Shown here: one piece after another, positions 51,370 through 64,000 of the stretch
How the letters are laid out: every line of letters starts with the position of its first letter
Numbering within the stretch: the stretch's first letter is position 1
Origin: Hypanus sabinus
Taxonomy: Eukaryota
Assembly (NCBI RefSeq): GCF_030144855.1
Contig: NW_026779168.1
Coordinates: 1 to 64,000, forward strand
DNA: 64,000 nucleotides
Direction of reading: 5' to 3'
The notes under the pieces: model-generated
The model's input: only the letters and a program-made list of their open reading frames with translations
What the model was told of the DNA's origin: nothing
Database searches by the model: none
Made by a program: the position numbers and the translations under genes

Positions 51370-51771
51370 GTAGTGTTCGCGATTCAATGCAATTTCACAA
51401 GCTGCAATGGCATAATTCACTTAAATATTTTGTGTCTGATAAATGGATACCTTGAAGTGCATATTTACACTGGAAGCACATTTAATTGATAAGATAACTC
51501 GGACGGTTCAGTCACCTGCGATGGTACAAATTAGCTCCCAATGGTCTTCATATTATTTGAATAGTTTAATCGCCATCCGTCACCGCGGGAATTTCACCTG
51601 TCTGATGTAATCGATTTGTAAATAATTTAATATCTTTATTTTTAAATCTGTTGAAGTCTGTCCCCGTGGAGTCACTGAATTGTATTAAAAACCCGAGGCA
51701 TCTGCTGCCTCAGCATTTCATTCCGAGAGATCGCGTGTAACACACGGGGGCCGGATCACTGGACAGAGAAA

Positions 51772-51847
51772 ATGTCTGCATTCTTCGATATTTACTTAAG
51801 AGTGGATAAAATATTGTACGTGTTCATTGCCGTTGTTGGAGTTCCCG
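51772..51847 (+). CDS. GPR139-like: GPR139-like gene C, coding exon 1 (MSAFFDIYLRVDKILYVFIAVVGVP)
   Basis: ATG at 51772, 25 codons plus 1 nt, donor G|GTGAGT at 51848. Conserved upstream promoter block. Confidence 0.85.
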
Positions 51848-52736
51848 GTGAGTGAGCAGAGGGATTCATGTTTGGAATTTCTGATTGTTACCGGTGTGAA
51901 CTTATTCCTGATCATTTTACCATCTTCCAACTTGATGATCATTGTACAAATATCCGTCAGAAATATCGATCCTATCAATTCCAGTTTCCGATTTTTCATA
52001 TTCAATGACAAAGGGAACTAAACCTCTGTCTCTCCTCTAGCCCACGGGATCGACTCAAACACTGTTCTTGCCTTTAATGATATCTTGTCCAGATTTGTCG
52101 CAGTGCTGAGGACAGGTAGCTCTCCGAGAAGGTGTGACTGGGGGGGGGGGACGGGTTCATTGTCAGGTTCACTGTTTCTGAGTTATTGATCAAAGAGAGC
52201 CTCTGGTGCTGTGCTTCGCGTCTCCCTGTGGAGTCTGTCACAATCGTAACCCGCTGCCTTTTGCTCAATAATTTGGTCTTCAACCCATCCGGTGTCAAGG
52301 GATCTGCTCGCGTGTGTTATCGAATTGAACTGCGGTGTGGAATTAATCCGTTAACTGAGCCACTCAGTCTCCATTTGCTAATACTGCTTCCAGTGTTTTC
52401 AAGCTGCTTCTCCCCTCTGTATCTCATCTTGGGAACATCAGATGCTGATTTTCCAGAGTCCTGGTCAGTCACGGTTAAGTCAGTGAAACCGGCCCCATCA
52501 GCGACTGAAATCGGGATCAGCAGCGATCGTTGTTGTTCATTCAGCTCGTTTATATCGCCGACGATTCCCCACACATTGCTTTATCTTCACACTGAAGAAA
52601 GCAGTTCAGAGATAGTGTGACCCGTGTCTGGTGCTGGATTAGCAGCCGTTCACAGACATCTTTAGCAGCAACTCGATCCGGTGTTAATTCTTGGAGACTG
52701 TGTCAAGTGTCTGTTTGTCCCCCTTTCTCTCTCCAG

Positions 52737-53644
52737 TGAATGTAGTGGCGATTGTGATCCTATCCCGGGGAAAGTGCGGCCTCTCGACCTGCACCACTCG
52801 CTACCTGGTGGCCATGGCAGCGGCCGATCTACTGACCATTGTCACCGGGGTCATATTGACTCGAATAAGATGGAATTACTTCCGGTGGAGTTTTCTGAGC
52901 ATCACCCCTGTGTGCAGTGTTATCGATGTACTGAGCTACACAGCCACACACTGTTCTGTCTGGTTCACCGTCACTTTCACCTTTGACCGGTTTGTCGCCA
53001 TTTGCTGCCGGAAGCTGAAAACAAAATATTGCACCGGGAAAACTGCGACTGTGGTTCTGACAACAACCGGTGTACTGTTCTGTCTTAAAAACGTTCCCCG
53101 ATACTTCACACGGGAACCCTGGATGATCATCGACAATGTACCGTGGTACTGTGAACTCAGGGCCAATTATCTCACTGACCCCGGGTGGGTGGTATATGAC
53201 TGGTTCGATACGGTTTTAACTCCGTTCCTCCCTTTCGCTGGGATCCTGCTGCTCAACGCTCTGACAGTCAAACACATTTTAGTGGCCAGTCGGGTCCGTA
53301 AGGGGCTGAAGGGTCAGAGCAAGGGGGAGAACCGCAGTGACGTGGAGATGGAGAGCAGGAGGAGGTCTATGGTTTTACTCTTCACCATCTCCGGCAGCTT
53401 CATCCTCCTGTGGATGACGGCGGTTGTAAATTTCATATATTATCAGGTCTCAGGGAAAGGATTCGTATTCAATGATTTTGAACTGATCTTTCACTACGTC
53501 GCGGTTTTACTGATGAACTGCAACTGCTGCACGAACACATTTATTTACGCAGTGACTCAGTCGAAATTCAGGGAGCAGGTGATCAGCGCGGTGAAATATC
53601 CGGTCACCTCGGTGCTTCAGTTCATTCATAAAGCCGCGACCTGA
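52737..53644 (+). CDS. GPR139-like: GPR139-like class A GPCR, gene C, coding exon 2 (spliced product ~327 aa)
   Basis: Acceptor tttctctctccag ends at 52736. Intact 908-nt 7TM-coding exon with the same motifs as genes A and B. Confidence 0.92.
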
Positions 53645-54114
53645 GTACAAGTCGGAGGCGGTTGTAGTGAGGGTTCCATCTCCTCACATTCACCCCCTGA
53701 TCACCCAGGTGTTATTCCCGGCAGGTTATCGCATCGACCGGCTGCTCTGGAACGTTAGGATCGTGTATGATTTGTGAGGGACAAAGCTCCGTCCTGGAGA
53801 CTCAGTACCGCATTGGACCTGCCAGATGTCAGTCAAAGACCTGCACCGAAAGGCTGTCCAGCCATTGGTCTGTGCAATTGTCCATCCGTTCCTTTTGCGG
53901 CCTATCAACCTGACAACCCACAAAACGACGGCAAACTTGTAGAATGCTGGTTGTCTAATCCACTGTCAATCACTCTACTCTCCGCCTTCCCCTTGAATGA
54001 TTTGTTAATGTAATTCGAAATGGGGCGGGGTTTGTTTAAAAGACGTTTGACAGATCAAATTGAAGTCGGATTTCCACCACTAACTGGACTGGAGTGTGGT
54101 GCAGAGAATTAGAA

Positions 54115-54120
54115 AATAAA
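54115..54120 (+). terminator. Candidate polyadenylation signal, gene C
   Basis: AATAAA ~470 nt downstream of the stop codon. Confidence 0.35.
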
Positions 54121-54253
54121 ACCATCTGTGTTTCTTTGTTGAATACAATTCTTTCCCTTTTTGTTTTACTCCGTTCCCCCATGATGCTAACAATTATGCA
54201 TTCTTCAGTGGTGTTTCCTTTATGCTCATTATCCAAACAGTCTTGCTATAAGT

Positions 54254-54349
54254 AACACTCACAAAATTCTGGTGGAACGCAGCAGACCAGGTAACAACTA
54301 TAGGGAGAAGCACTGTCGACGTTTTAGGCCGAGACCCTTCGTCAGGACA
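54254..54349 (-). mobile_element. Penelope-like terminal repeat fragment with mutated hammerhead core
   Basis: Minus strand TGTC-CTGACGA-AGGGTCTCGGCCT-AAAAC-GTC-GACA. Confidence 0.6.
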
Positions 54350-54899
54350 ATTCTAATCTCAATAATTCTCTATCCCACCAAGCCCATAGCTTCTGATTTT
54401 CCGGGTGGAAGGTCTTTATCCACCGCTGGAATTCTATCAGCTTTTGTGACTCAACCTCCCCGTGCAGGTTGAGACCCATAAGAAGACCCATAGAAGTCAT
54501 AAGAAGTGGGCCAATGTGTTTCTAACAGTAAATCTGACCGTCCGCGAGAATAAACTGTTTTAAAACTCATCAAATCCGAAAAGACATCTGAATAAATTAA
54601 AACTTTACACAGACAAATTTCTTCCACCCAGTGGAAGCCTAAAATGATGGCAACAAATTCTTCTCTTTGTACTGATATAATGGTTAGGAAGTTGTTTCGT
54701 TATCGTTACCTGTAATTAAGGCAGAGAAACAGCCAGAGGAACATCTCAGTTGTTATTTTTTTATTCTTCTGCAACAGTTAATATATCTTAAGAGTTTTTC
54801 AAAATACACTAATGAACCAACAGACTCTCGGATTACAGAATTCTTAGAGTTATTAAACTATGTGACCTAAAATCAGCTAGTCAGATGCAGAACAAGATG

Positions 54900-56607
54900 G
54901 GGTTTCAGAGAACGTGACATTGGGGAACATTGCGTAATCCCACAATCCCATCTTCCCAGCGCCATAAGATCCCAGCCACCTAAACTTGAAAGCGCTCTTC
55001 GTGTGATATTGCCAACCGTCCTCGAACACAAATTCAACAGGAATTTAATCTATTTGTCCAGTCTAATGAATCCAGTTTGTTAATATCAACTGCAAACTCC
55101 GCAATTACACTTGGCTCATTTCAACCAGTAAAGCTGAAACAGGGGACCACCTTATTGCGCCAGAACACTTCCGAACACTTTAATATTGAAGATGACGCTG
55201 ATCTACAAGTCACACAGCCATAATCAAGAACAGATCCAATTAAACAAATGAACATGGCCCACAATGATATTCATGAAGCTGCCCAGAATACCCATATAGA
55301 CAACTGAGAATATTTAATGTTATTATTTTCATTTATGGCGCTTCCATGCCAGCTGATTATCCATCCACATGCCTGGAAATCTTCCCGCTGTCACGTCTTG
55401 AAGAGTCTGACCATATCATTTCAAATCAACTGCATGCTTATTAATCCCATTTTTAAAACACAGAACTTGTTCATGTGCGACTGAAAACTTAAATTCTCAT
55501 GTATTTGCCGACTGTTCAAAATTATTAGCTGCTAATTGGATCCAATATACAGTATGCTTGCAATTTATGCCTCTAAGCCATAGAGCTCCATCATCTGCAT
55601 ATAGTGATTTACACACCTCAGTGTCTGTTTCAGAGAGAATGTCATTAATCATAACATTAGATAATAAAGGGTTACAATTACGGCGTTGTGGGTTCCCACC
55701 CGTACCAGCACCGACCGTCCAAATGTAAAACTCAGAGAAAGCCTTGCAGTCTCCTGCTCAATCCTCATTTCCATAAAGCCATAAGACTTGGAAGCAGAGT
55801 CAGGCCATCCGGCCCATCGAGTCTGCTCCACCATTCACACATGGCTGATCGTTTCTTTCCGACCTCCTCAACCCCAGCTACCGGCCTTCTCCCCTGAACC
55901 TTTGATGCCATGTCCCATCAAGAAACAATCAATGTCTGCCTTAAGAACACCCAACGCCGTGGGCTCTGCAGCTGCATGTGGCAAGAAATTCCACAAATTC
56001 ACCACCCTTTGTCTGAAAGATTCCCCGCATCTCTGTTTTGAAACGGCGCCCCTCTCTCCTGAGGCTATGACCTCTTATCCTAAACTCTCCCATCATTCTA
56101 ATGGAAACATCCTTTTCATAATTCAGTCCAAAATCCTTCTTTCCAGAAATACCATATGCTTTTTTCAATATAAAAACACTGCAATTATAACACCCTTATT
56201 TAAGAGTGCTTTGTAATATCATTTATACAAATGTACAAGTTAATCCGGTAATTCTACCCTTCCAAAACCCAGTCTGCTAACACGAAATATTAATTTCTTC
56301 CCAGGAAATATAATTGAACCTCTCCATTAAGATGCTTTCCATAAGTTTACATAAAAGGGACATTAACTACTTAGGCCTTCAACTAGAACAATCAGACGAT
56401 GAGATACCCGGGTTTAGTATCGGCACAACAAACTGATAATTAAACACTTCCACATCCCTGCCTATTGAATGAAATATTTCTATTACAAGCGCTTCACACC
56501 TTTCTTTCACATTCACAACCCTGTCACTTTCTTGTAAAACTGTCAACACCACCCCTCTACCAACTAACCTGTCACGACTAGTAACAAGATAACACGGCAC
56601 AGGAAAA
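54900..56607 (-). mobile_element. Nimb/I-clade LINE decayed RT/RNase H fragment, interrupted by a CR1 3' end (~55771-56108)
   Basis: Collinear with 60950-62400. The CR1 tail CCATAAGAC...GCAGAGTCAGGCCATCCGGCCCATCG is inserted within it. Confidence 0.6.
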
Positions 56608-56802
56608 AATGTGCGAGCAGCCAATGCGGAGGATCAGAGGAGCGTGTGGATATCCAGAGGCTTTTCCCCAGGGCTGAAAAGGCTAACACGAGAGGGCACA
56701 GTTAGAATGTGCGAGCAGCCAGTGCGGAGGATCAGAGACCGTGTGGATAGTCAGAGGCTTTTCTCCAGGGCTGAAGAGGCTAACACGAGAGGGCATAATT
56801 TT
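56608..56802 (+). repeat. ~98-bp tandem duplication of a CR1-derived piece
   Basis: AATGTGCGAGCAGCC...GCTAACACGAGAGGGCA occurs twice. Confidence 0.85.
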
Positions 56803-56804
56803 CT

Positions 56805-59800
56805 TTGTTTACGGGCAGCGGATTGAGCCGGGAGCAGTGTGTCGGACTTGGGCTCAGAGGGCTTAGGCGGGAGAGGGCACAGCAGGCTTATCTTTTAGTT
56901 CTCGTTGTTATTTTCAGTTATTCGGTAAGTATGAGTGTGAGGGCAGCTTGTTGTTCTCGGTGTCGGATGTGGGAGGTCCTGGAGTTTCCGAGCCTCCCGG
57001 ACGTCCACATCAGCGCCAGGTGCGCCGAACTGCAGCTCCTGAGCGACGGAGTTAGGGAACTGGAGCTGCAGCTCGATGACCTGCGCCTGGTCAGGGAGAG
57101 TGAGGAGGTGATAGAGAGGAGTTACAGGCAGGTGGTCACTCCGGGGCCACGGGAGGCAGATAGGTGGGTCACGGTCAGGAAGGGGAAGAGGCAGGTACTA
57201 GAGAGTACCCCAGTGGCTGTACCCCTTGACAATAAGTACTCATGTTTGAGTACTGTTGGGGGGGACAGCCTACCTGGAGGAATTGACAGTGGCCGGGCCT
57301 CCAGCACAGAGGACGGCCCTTTAGCTCAGAAGGGTAGGGAGAGAAGAAAGAGGACCATAGTAATAGGGGAATCGATAGTCAGTGGTTCAGACAGCCTGTT
57401 CTGTGGAGGTGATCGGGAGTCCCGGATGGTAGTTTCCCCCCCTGGTGCCAGGGTTCGGGACGTTTCTGATCGCGTCCAAGATATCCTGAAGTGGCAGGGT
57501 GAGGAGCCAGAGCTCGTGGTACATGTAGTACCAATGACATAGGTAGGAAAGGGGAAGAGGTCCTGAAACAAGAGTACAGTGAGTTTGGAAGGCAGTTAAG
57601 AAGAAGGACCGCAAAGGTAGTAATCCCGGGATTACTGCCTGTGCCACGCGACAGTGAGAGTGGGAAGGTGAATTAGGTGGAGGATTAATGCGTGGCTGAG
57701 GGTTTGGAGCAGGGGGCAGGGATTTAAAATTATGGATCATTGGGACCTCTTCTGGGGCAGGCGTGACCTGTTCAAGAAGGACGGGTTACACTTGAATTCT
57801 GGGGGGACCAATATTCTAGCTGGGAGGTTTGCTATGGCTACAGGGCAGACTTCAAACCAGTAAGATGGGGGGGGGGAATCAATTTGAGGAAACTATGGGA
57901 GAGGAGGTTAGTTCACCAGCAGGGCAAGTAAGTAGACAGTGTGTGAGGGAGGAAAGGCAAGTGATGGAGAAGGGATGCGCTCACCCCGAAAATGTAGGGG
58001 AGAAGAAAGAAAAGGATAATAAATTTGAATGCACTGTTAGGGATAAAAAGAGAGGAGGAGGTGGAGAGTATCTTAAATGTATCTATTTCAATGCTGGGAA
58101 CATTGTAAGAAAGGTGGATGAGCTTAAAGCGTGGATTGATACCTGGAATTATGATGTTGTAGCTATTAGTGAAACATAGCTGCAGGAAGGTTGTGATTGG
58201 CAAACAAATATTCCTGGATTTAGTTGCTTCAGGTGTAATAGAGTAGGAGGGGCCAGAGGAGGAGGTGTTGCATTGCTTGTCCGAGAAAATCTTATTGCGG
58301 TGCTTTGGAAGGATAGATTAGAGAGCTCCTCTAGGGAGGCCATTTGGGTCGAATTGAGGAATGGGAAAGGTGTAGTAACACTGATAGGAGTGTATTATAG
58401 GCAACCTAATGGGGAGTGTGAGTTGGAAGAGCAAATGTGTAAGGAGATAGCAAAAATTTGTATTAAACACAAGGTGGTAACTGTGGGAGATTTTAATTTT
58501 CCACACGTAGACTAGGAAGCTCATTCTGTAATAGGGCTGGATGGTTGAGAGTTTGTGAAATGTGAACAAGATAGTTTTTTGCAACAATACATAGAAGTAC
58601 TGACTAGAGATGGGGCAGTGTTGGATCTCCTGTTAGGGAATGCGATAGGTCAGCTGACAGATGTATGTGTTGGGGAGCACTTCGGGTCCAGTGATCACAA
58701 AAACATTAGCTTCAGTATAATTATGGAGAAGGTCAGGACTGGACCTAGAGTTGAGATTGTTGATTGGAGAAAGGCTAACTTTGAGGAGATGCAAAGGGTT
58801 TTATAGAGAGTGGATTGGGTCAAGTATTTTTATGGGAAGGATGTAATAGAGAAGTGGAGGTCATTTAAGGGTGAAATTATGAGAGTACATAATCTTTATG
58901 TTCTTGTTAGGTTGAAAGGAAAGGTTAAAGGTTTGAAAGAACCATGGTTTTCAAGTGATATTAGAAACTTGGTTCGGAAAAAGAGGGATGTCTGCAATAG
59001 ATATAGGCAGCATGGAGGAACGGAATTGCTCGAGGAAAATAAAGAATGTAAAATGAATCTTAAGAAAGAGATTAGAAAAGCGAAAAGCAGATACGAGTTT
59101 GGTTTGGCAAATAAGCTGAAAGTAAATCCGAAAGGTTTCTACAGTTACATAAAAAGCAAGAGGATAGTGATGGATAAAATTGATCCCTTCGAGAATCAGG
59201 GTGGTCAGCTATGTGTGGAGCCGTAGGAGATGGGAGAGATTTTGAACGATTTCTTTTCTTCGGTATTCACTAAGGAGAAGGACATTGAATTGTGTAAGGT
59301 GTGGGAAACAAGTGAGGAAGTTATGGAACCTATGACAATTAAAGAGGTGGAAGTACTGGCGCTTTTAAGAAAATTAAAAGTGGATAAATCTCCGGGTCCT
59401 GACAGGATATTCTCCAGGACCTTGAGGGAAGTTTGTGCAGAGATAGCAGGAGCCCTGACAGAGATCTTTCAGATGTCATTAGAAACTAGGATTGTGCCGG
59501 AGGATTGGCGTATTGCTCATGTGGTTCCATTGTTTAAAAAGGGTTCTACCAGTAAGCCTAGCAATTATAGACCTGTCAGTTTGACATTAGTGGTGGGTAA
59601 ATTAATGGAAAGTATACTTAGAGATAGTATTTATAATTATCTGGATAGACAGGATCTGATTGGGAGTAGCCAGCATGGATTTGTCAGTGGAAGGTCATGT
59701 TTAACAAACCTTATTGAATTTTTTTAAAGACGTTACAAGGAATGTTGACGAGGGTAAGGCAGTGGATGTAGTCTATATGGACTTCAGCAAGGCCTTTGAC

Positions 59801-60947
59801 AATGTTCCACATGGAAGGTTATTTAAGAAGTTTTAGTCGTTAGGTATTAATTCTGGAGTAATAAAATGGATTCAACAGTGGCTAGATGGGAGATGCCAGA
59901 GAGTACTGATAGATAATTGTTAATCGGGATGGAGGCCGGTGACTAGCGGGGTCCCTCAGGGATCTGTTTTGAGTGCAATGTTATTTGTAATATACATCAA
60001 TGATCTGGATGATGGGGTGGTAAATTGGATTAGTAAGTATGCCGATGATACTAAGGTCGGAGGAGTTGTGGATAATGAGATGGGTTTTCAAAGCTTGCCA
60101 GGGAGATTTGTGCCGGTTAGAAGAATGGGCTGAACGTTGGCAGATGGAGTTTAATGCTGAGAAGTGTGAGGTTCTACATTTTGGCAGGAATAATCCAAAT
60201 AGAACATATAGGGTAAATGGTAGGGCATTGAGGAATGCAGAGGAACAGAATAACAGTGCATAGTTCCCCGAAGGTGGAGTCTCGTGTCGATATGGTGGTG
60301 AAGAAGGCATTTGGAACGCTGGCCTTTATAAATCAAAGCATTCAGTACAGAAGTTGGGATGTAATGTTAAAATTGTTCAAGGCATTGTTAAGGCCAAATT
60401 TGGAATATTGTGTACAGTTCTGGTCACCGAATTATAGGAAAGATATCAGTAAATTAGAGAGAGTGCAGAGACGATTTACTAGGATGTTGCCTTGGTTTCG
60501 GCAGTTAAGTTACAGAGAAAGGTTGACCAAGTTAGGTCTCTATTCATTGGAGCGTAGAGGGTTGAGGGGGGATTTGTTCGAGGTATTTAAAATTTTGAGA
60601 GGGATAGATAGAGTTGACGTGAATAGGCTGTTTCCATTGAGAGTAGGGGAGATTCAAACGAGAGGACTTGATTTGAGAGTAAGGGGGCAGAGTTTAAGGG
60701 AAACACGAGGGGGTATTTCTTTACTCAGAGAGTGATAGCTGTGTGGAATGAGCTTCCTGTAGAATTAGTAGAGGCCAGTTCAGTTGTGTCATTTAAGGTA
60801 AAAATGGATAGGTATGTGGACAGGAAAGGAGTGGAGGGTTTTGGGCTGAGTGCGGGTAGGTGGGACTAGGTGAGATTAAGAATTCGTCATGGACTAGGAG
60901 GGCCGAGATGGCCTGTTTTCGTGCTGTGATTGTTATATGGTTATATG
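56805..60947 (+). mobile_element. Near-full-length CR1 LINE (ORF1 zinc finger plus SGNH esterase; ORF2 endonuclease plus RT), inactivated
   Basis: ORF1 from ATG 56931: CSRCRMWE, coiled coil, VIGESIV, PGARVRDV. ORF2: VAISET, GDFN, SDH, NYRPVSL, QHGF, GVPQGS, YADD, LEYCVQFWSP. 3' tail GTTATATGGTTATATG. Several in-frame stops. Confidence 0.95.
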
Positions 60948-63070
60948 ACCTGACTGCACCACAACACAATCTTAAAGCCTGCTTGTATCACACCCAAACA
61001 AAATAAAATTGAATATGAAGGTGATTGATAAACCACAACCATAATCAAGAACAGATCTAATTAAAGAAATGTTAATGGTCATAAATGATTTTCATGTAGC
61101 AGCCCAAGAATATCCACATTGACGCCTGAGAATATTTAATGCGCCTTTATATGTATCAGTTATTTTACTGATTTGGTGCTTCCATGTCAACTTCCGTCCA
61201 CACGCCTGGATCTCCTCAAGAGGACTGACACGTCCTCAAGAGTTTGATCATATACTTTCAAATCAAATGTAAGTCTACTAATACTGTTTGTAAAGCATAA
61301 CTTGTTTTTAGATACTGAATGCTTAAATCCCATCTATTTGCAGACTGTTCAACCTTATTAATTGATAATGGCATCCTATATACATTAAAATTAAATTTTC
61401 TACCTCTAATCCATGAACCTCCATCATCTGCATATACTGATTTACACGCTCCAAAACCTATCTGAGAGAAAAATAGGATTAATTATAATATGACATAATA
61501 AATACTGCCTTGTGGGATCCCAATCTCGATGTCATAACAACCAGACTATAACTTGCCCACCTGTATCTGACACAAGACGGCCAATAAAGTAAACTCAAAA
61601 AAGATTAGATAATCAAGCCCTTCATCTAGATTTCCATTATTTCATAAAAAAGTATTTTCTTCCATAAATACCATCTGCCTTTTTGAATAGTAAAAATACT
61701 GTTGTTTCAAAATCTACATATCACTGTGCTTTCTTAATATCACCTTCCAAACAGAAAAATGAATTCTGTGCCATACTTGCCCTCCCATACCTTTACAAGA
61801 CGTCCAAATAAAGACAATCAGAAAAAAATGTACAATAGCCCCCTCAATTGCATTTCCAAAAATAATCAAAAATCCGTCGTTCAATAAATATAATTTCCCT
61901 TTTCAATATTAAAAATATTGCTATTACAACATATTTATTTAACTGTGCTTTCCTAATATGACCTTCCAAACCCAAAGCTGATTCCAATGTTACTTTACCC
62001 TTCTGAATCCCCCTCTGATAAAACATGAAATCACCTCTTTTATCAAAAATATAATTCAAACCCTCGATTACCATACATTCCACAAGTTTGCATAAATGAG
62101 ACGTTAATGATATTGGCCTATAACAAGGAGGATCAGACGGGGAGCTCCAAGTTTTAGAATGGACGCTACTACAACCAATTTCCATGAGGAGAGTAGATGG
62201 CCAAACCTCCAAATGCGATTCAGAAAGTTAATATATTCGCAAAAGAAAATTACACACATACCTGTTGAATCAAGAATTTCTACTACAATTTCCTCAAACA
62301 ATTTATTCCCATTCATAACTCTATACCCTGCCCCTTTCCTTATAAAACTGGCAACACCACCCCTCTACCAACTAACCTGTCAAGCCGAACGACAATATAA
62401 TCCTGCATAGGAATAAAAACTTAAAATGTACAGGTTTCTTGAACAGATATAACATCGAAAGAATCTGACAAATCAGGAACAAACTTCTTAAAGTTTTGAC
62501 CATTATAACTCTGAAATCTCGCATTTCATTCCAATATTTTCATTCCTATTGTGTATGTTCACAAGTACACTGCGATACAGATACCCTACGGAACAAAACT
62601 ACATTTGCCCACTACACACCAGTTACACCAAGATACCTTTCTGCAGCTTTCACAATAATTTTAATTTCCTCAGTAGGATGAGATGTCTGAGCAGTACAAT
62701 TTTTTATAAACATTGGTTATAAACATCACAAACTTTATTTTATCCAGCAGTGAAGTACCTTTGGTGAGGAAACCGTGATGCCGGCATATATCCACGGACG
62801 TCACAGTCTGTTCCTTGAGTGGGATCACTTTATCCAGTTTACCTGCTCTGCTTGCTGTTACTTGTCCTTGAACTGTCCCTTCTGCTCACTGTGTTGTTCT
62901 GAACCAATTGAACTGGTCACTTCATGCCTTACTAAACAAGCCCTTCTGCCGACACAAAGAACACATCCCTCCATTCTCCTCACATTCACGTGGTATATAA
63001 TAGCCTCTATCACATCTGCCTTCTCCACCATCCCTGACATTCACTCCAGACACCCACCACTATGGGAATG
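60948..63070 (-). mobile_element. Nimb/I-clade LINE decayed ORF2 fragment
   Basis: YRPISLTSHLCKLVECMV...LEGHIRKAQLNKYVVIAIF RT motif (61844..62212). Confidence 0.75.
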
Positions 63071-63599
63071 AAAAACAAAACTTGAAACGCAAATCTTTAA
63101 ACATTCGGAGTCAGGTTTTTAACATCATTGTCTTTTCTAACAGTTTTTTTTTTCCAACAGCAGCTGTGCAGAGAAAAGATACAAAATTACTCTAAATTAC
63201 AAAATATTTAAATAGTGCAAAGAGGAGCAATGAGGATGTTAGGATTTGTTCTCCCTTTCTCCTCTTTATTCCCTCTGGCATTGGACATTTCCTCCTTAGA
63301 GAAAAAAATCCCGGCTGTCCACTCTGTCTGTGTCTCTCACATTCCTGTAAACTTCTGTCAGACCTCCCTCAGCCTCTGCGGCTTCGGAGAAAATTACCCC
63401 AGATTGTCCAGTCTCACTTTATCCAGGCAGCATACTGTTAAGCCTCTTCCACTCACCATCCAAAACCTCCGCATTATTCCTGTATTCGAATGCAATTTTC
63501 TAGACGCAACCTAACTGCCTGACACTGGAACCAGTATCTGGAGTTGTGAACTCGGATTCCAAGATCTCTCTGTGGATCAATACTGTCCAATCTCGCTCC

Positions 63600-64000
63600 A
63601 TGTATATAACAGCAAGGGGTTAACGCTGAGCCTTTATAAGATGCCAGTCAGGCCACAATTTAAGTATTTTCAACAGTTTTGGGGTCCCATATCTCAGAAT
63701 CGATGTGTTGTCATTGGAGAGAGTCCAAAGGAGGTTCAGAAGTATGGTTTTGGGATTGATGGTGTCAACATATGAGGACAATTTGGCATCTTTGAACATG
63801 TACACCCTGGAATTCTGAAGAATGCAGAGGGTATTTCATTGAAACCTGCTGAATGTTGAAAGGTGGATGTGAGAGGATTTTACCGATGGTGGGACTATCG
63901 AGATCGAGAGAGCACATACACAAAAATGAGGAGCCACCTTTTCAAACAGAGATAAGGTGGATTTTTTTTATTAGGCAGGGTGTATTGAATCTGTGGAATG
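63600..64000 (+). mobile_element. CR1 3' RT decayed fragment
   Basis: LYKMPVRPQFKYFQQFWGP and downstream CR1-like sequence. Confidence 0.7.

Overview
Eukaryotic, repeat-rich vertebrate DNA. The repeat set (CR1, Rex/Babar, Nimb/I-type LINEs, Gypsy LTR elements, Tc1, Penelope-type ends) and the receptor family point to a cartilaginous fish, probably a ray; this is inference. The genic content is a cluster of two-exon class A GPCR paralogues of the GPR139/GPR142-like type. Three look intact: gene A (+, join 7207-7282, 8295-9202), gene B (-, join 19632-19566, 18666-17759) and gene C (+, join 51772-51847, 52737-53644). There is also an orphan promoter plus exon 1 (24638-24704) whose intron is interrupted by a Gypsy LTR, and a truncated promoter remnant (~3055-3530). 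Genes A and B lie in the arms of a ~7 kb inverted duplication (3055-9870 vs 17142-24425). Each arm is itself an older head-to-head promoter pair filled with a composite minisatellite. Positions 28.3-46 kb hold an A-B-C-B-A-B-C segmental duplication of decayed transposons, and 56.8-60.9 kb is a near-full-length dead CR1. All alignments were done by eye, so repeat boundaries are approximate.
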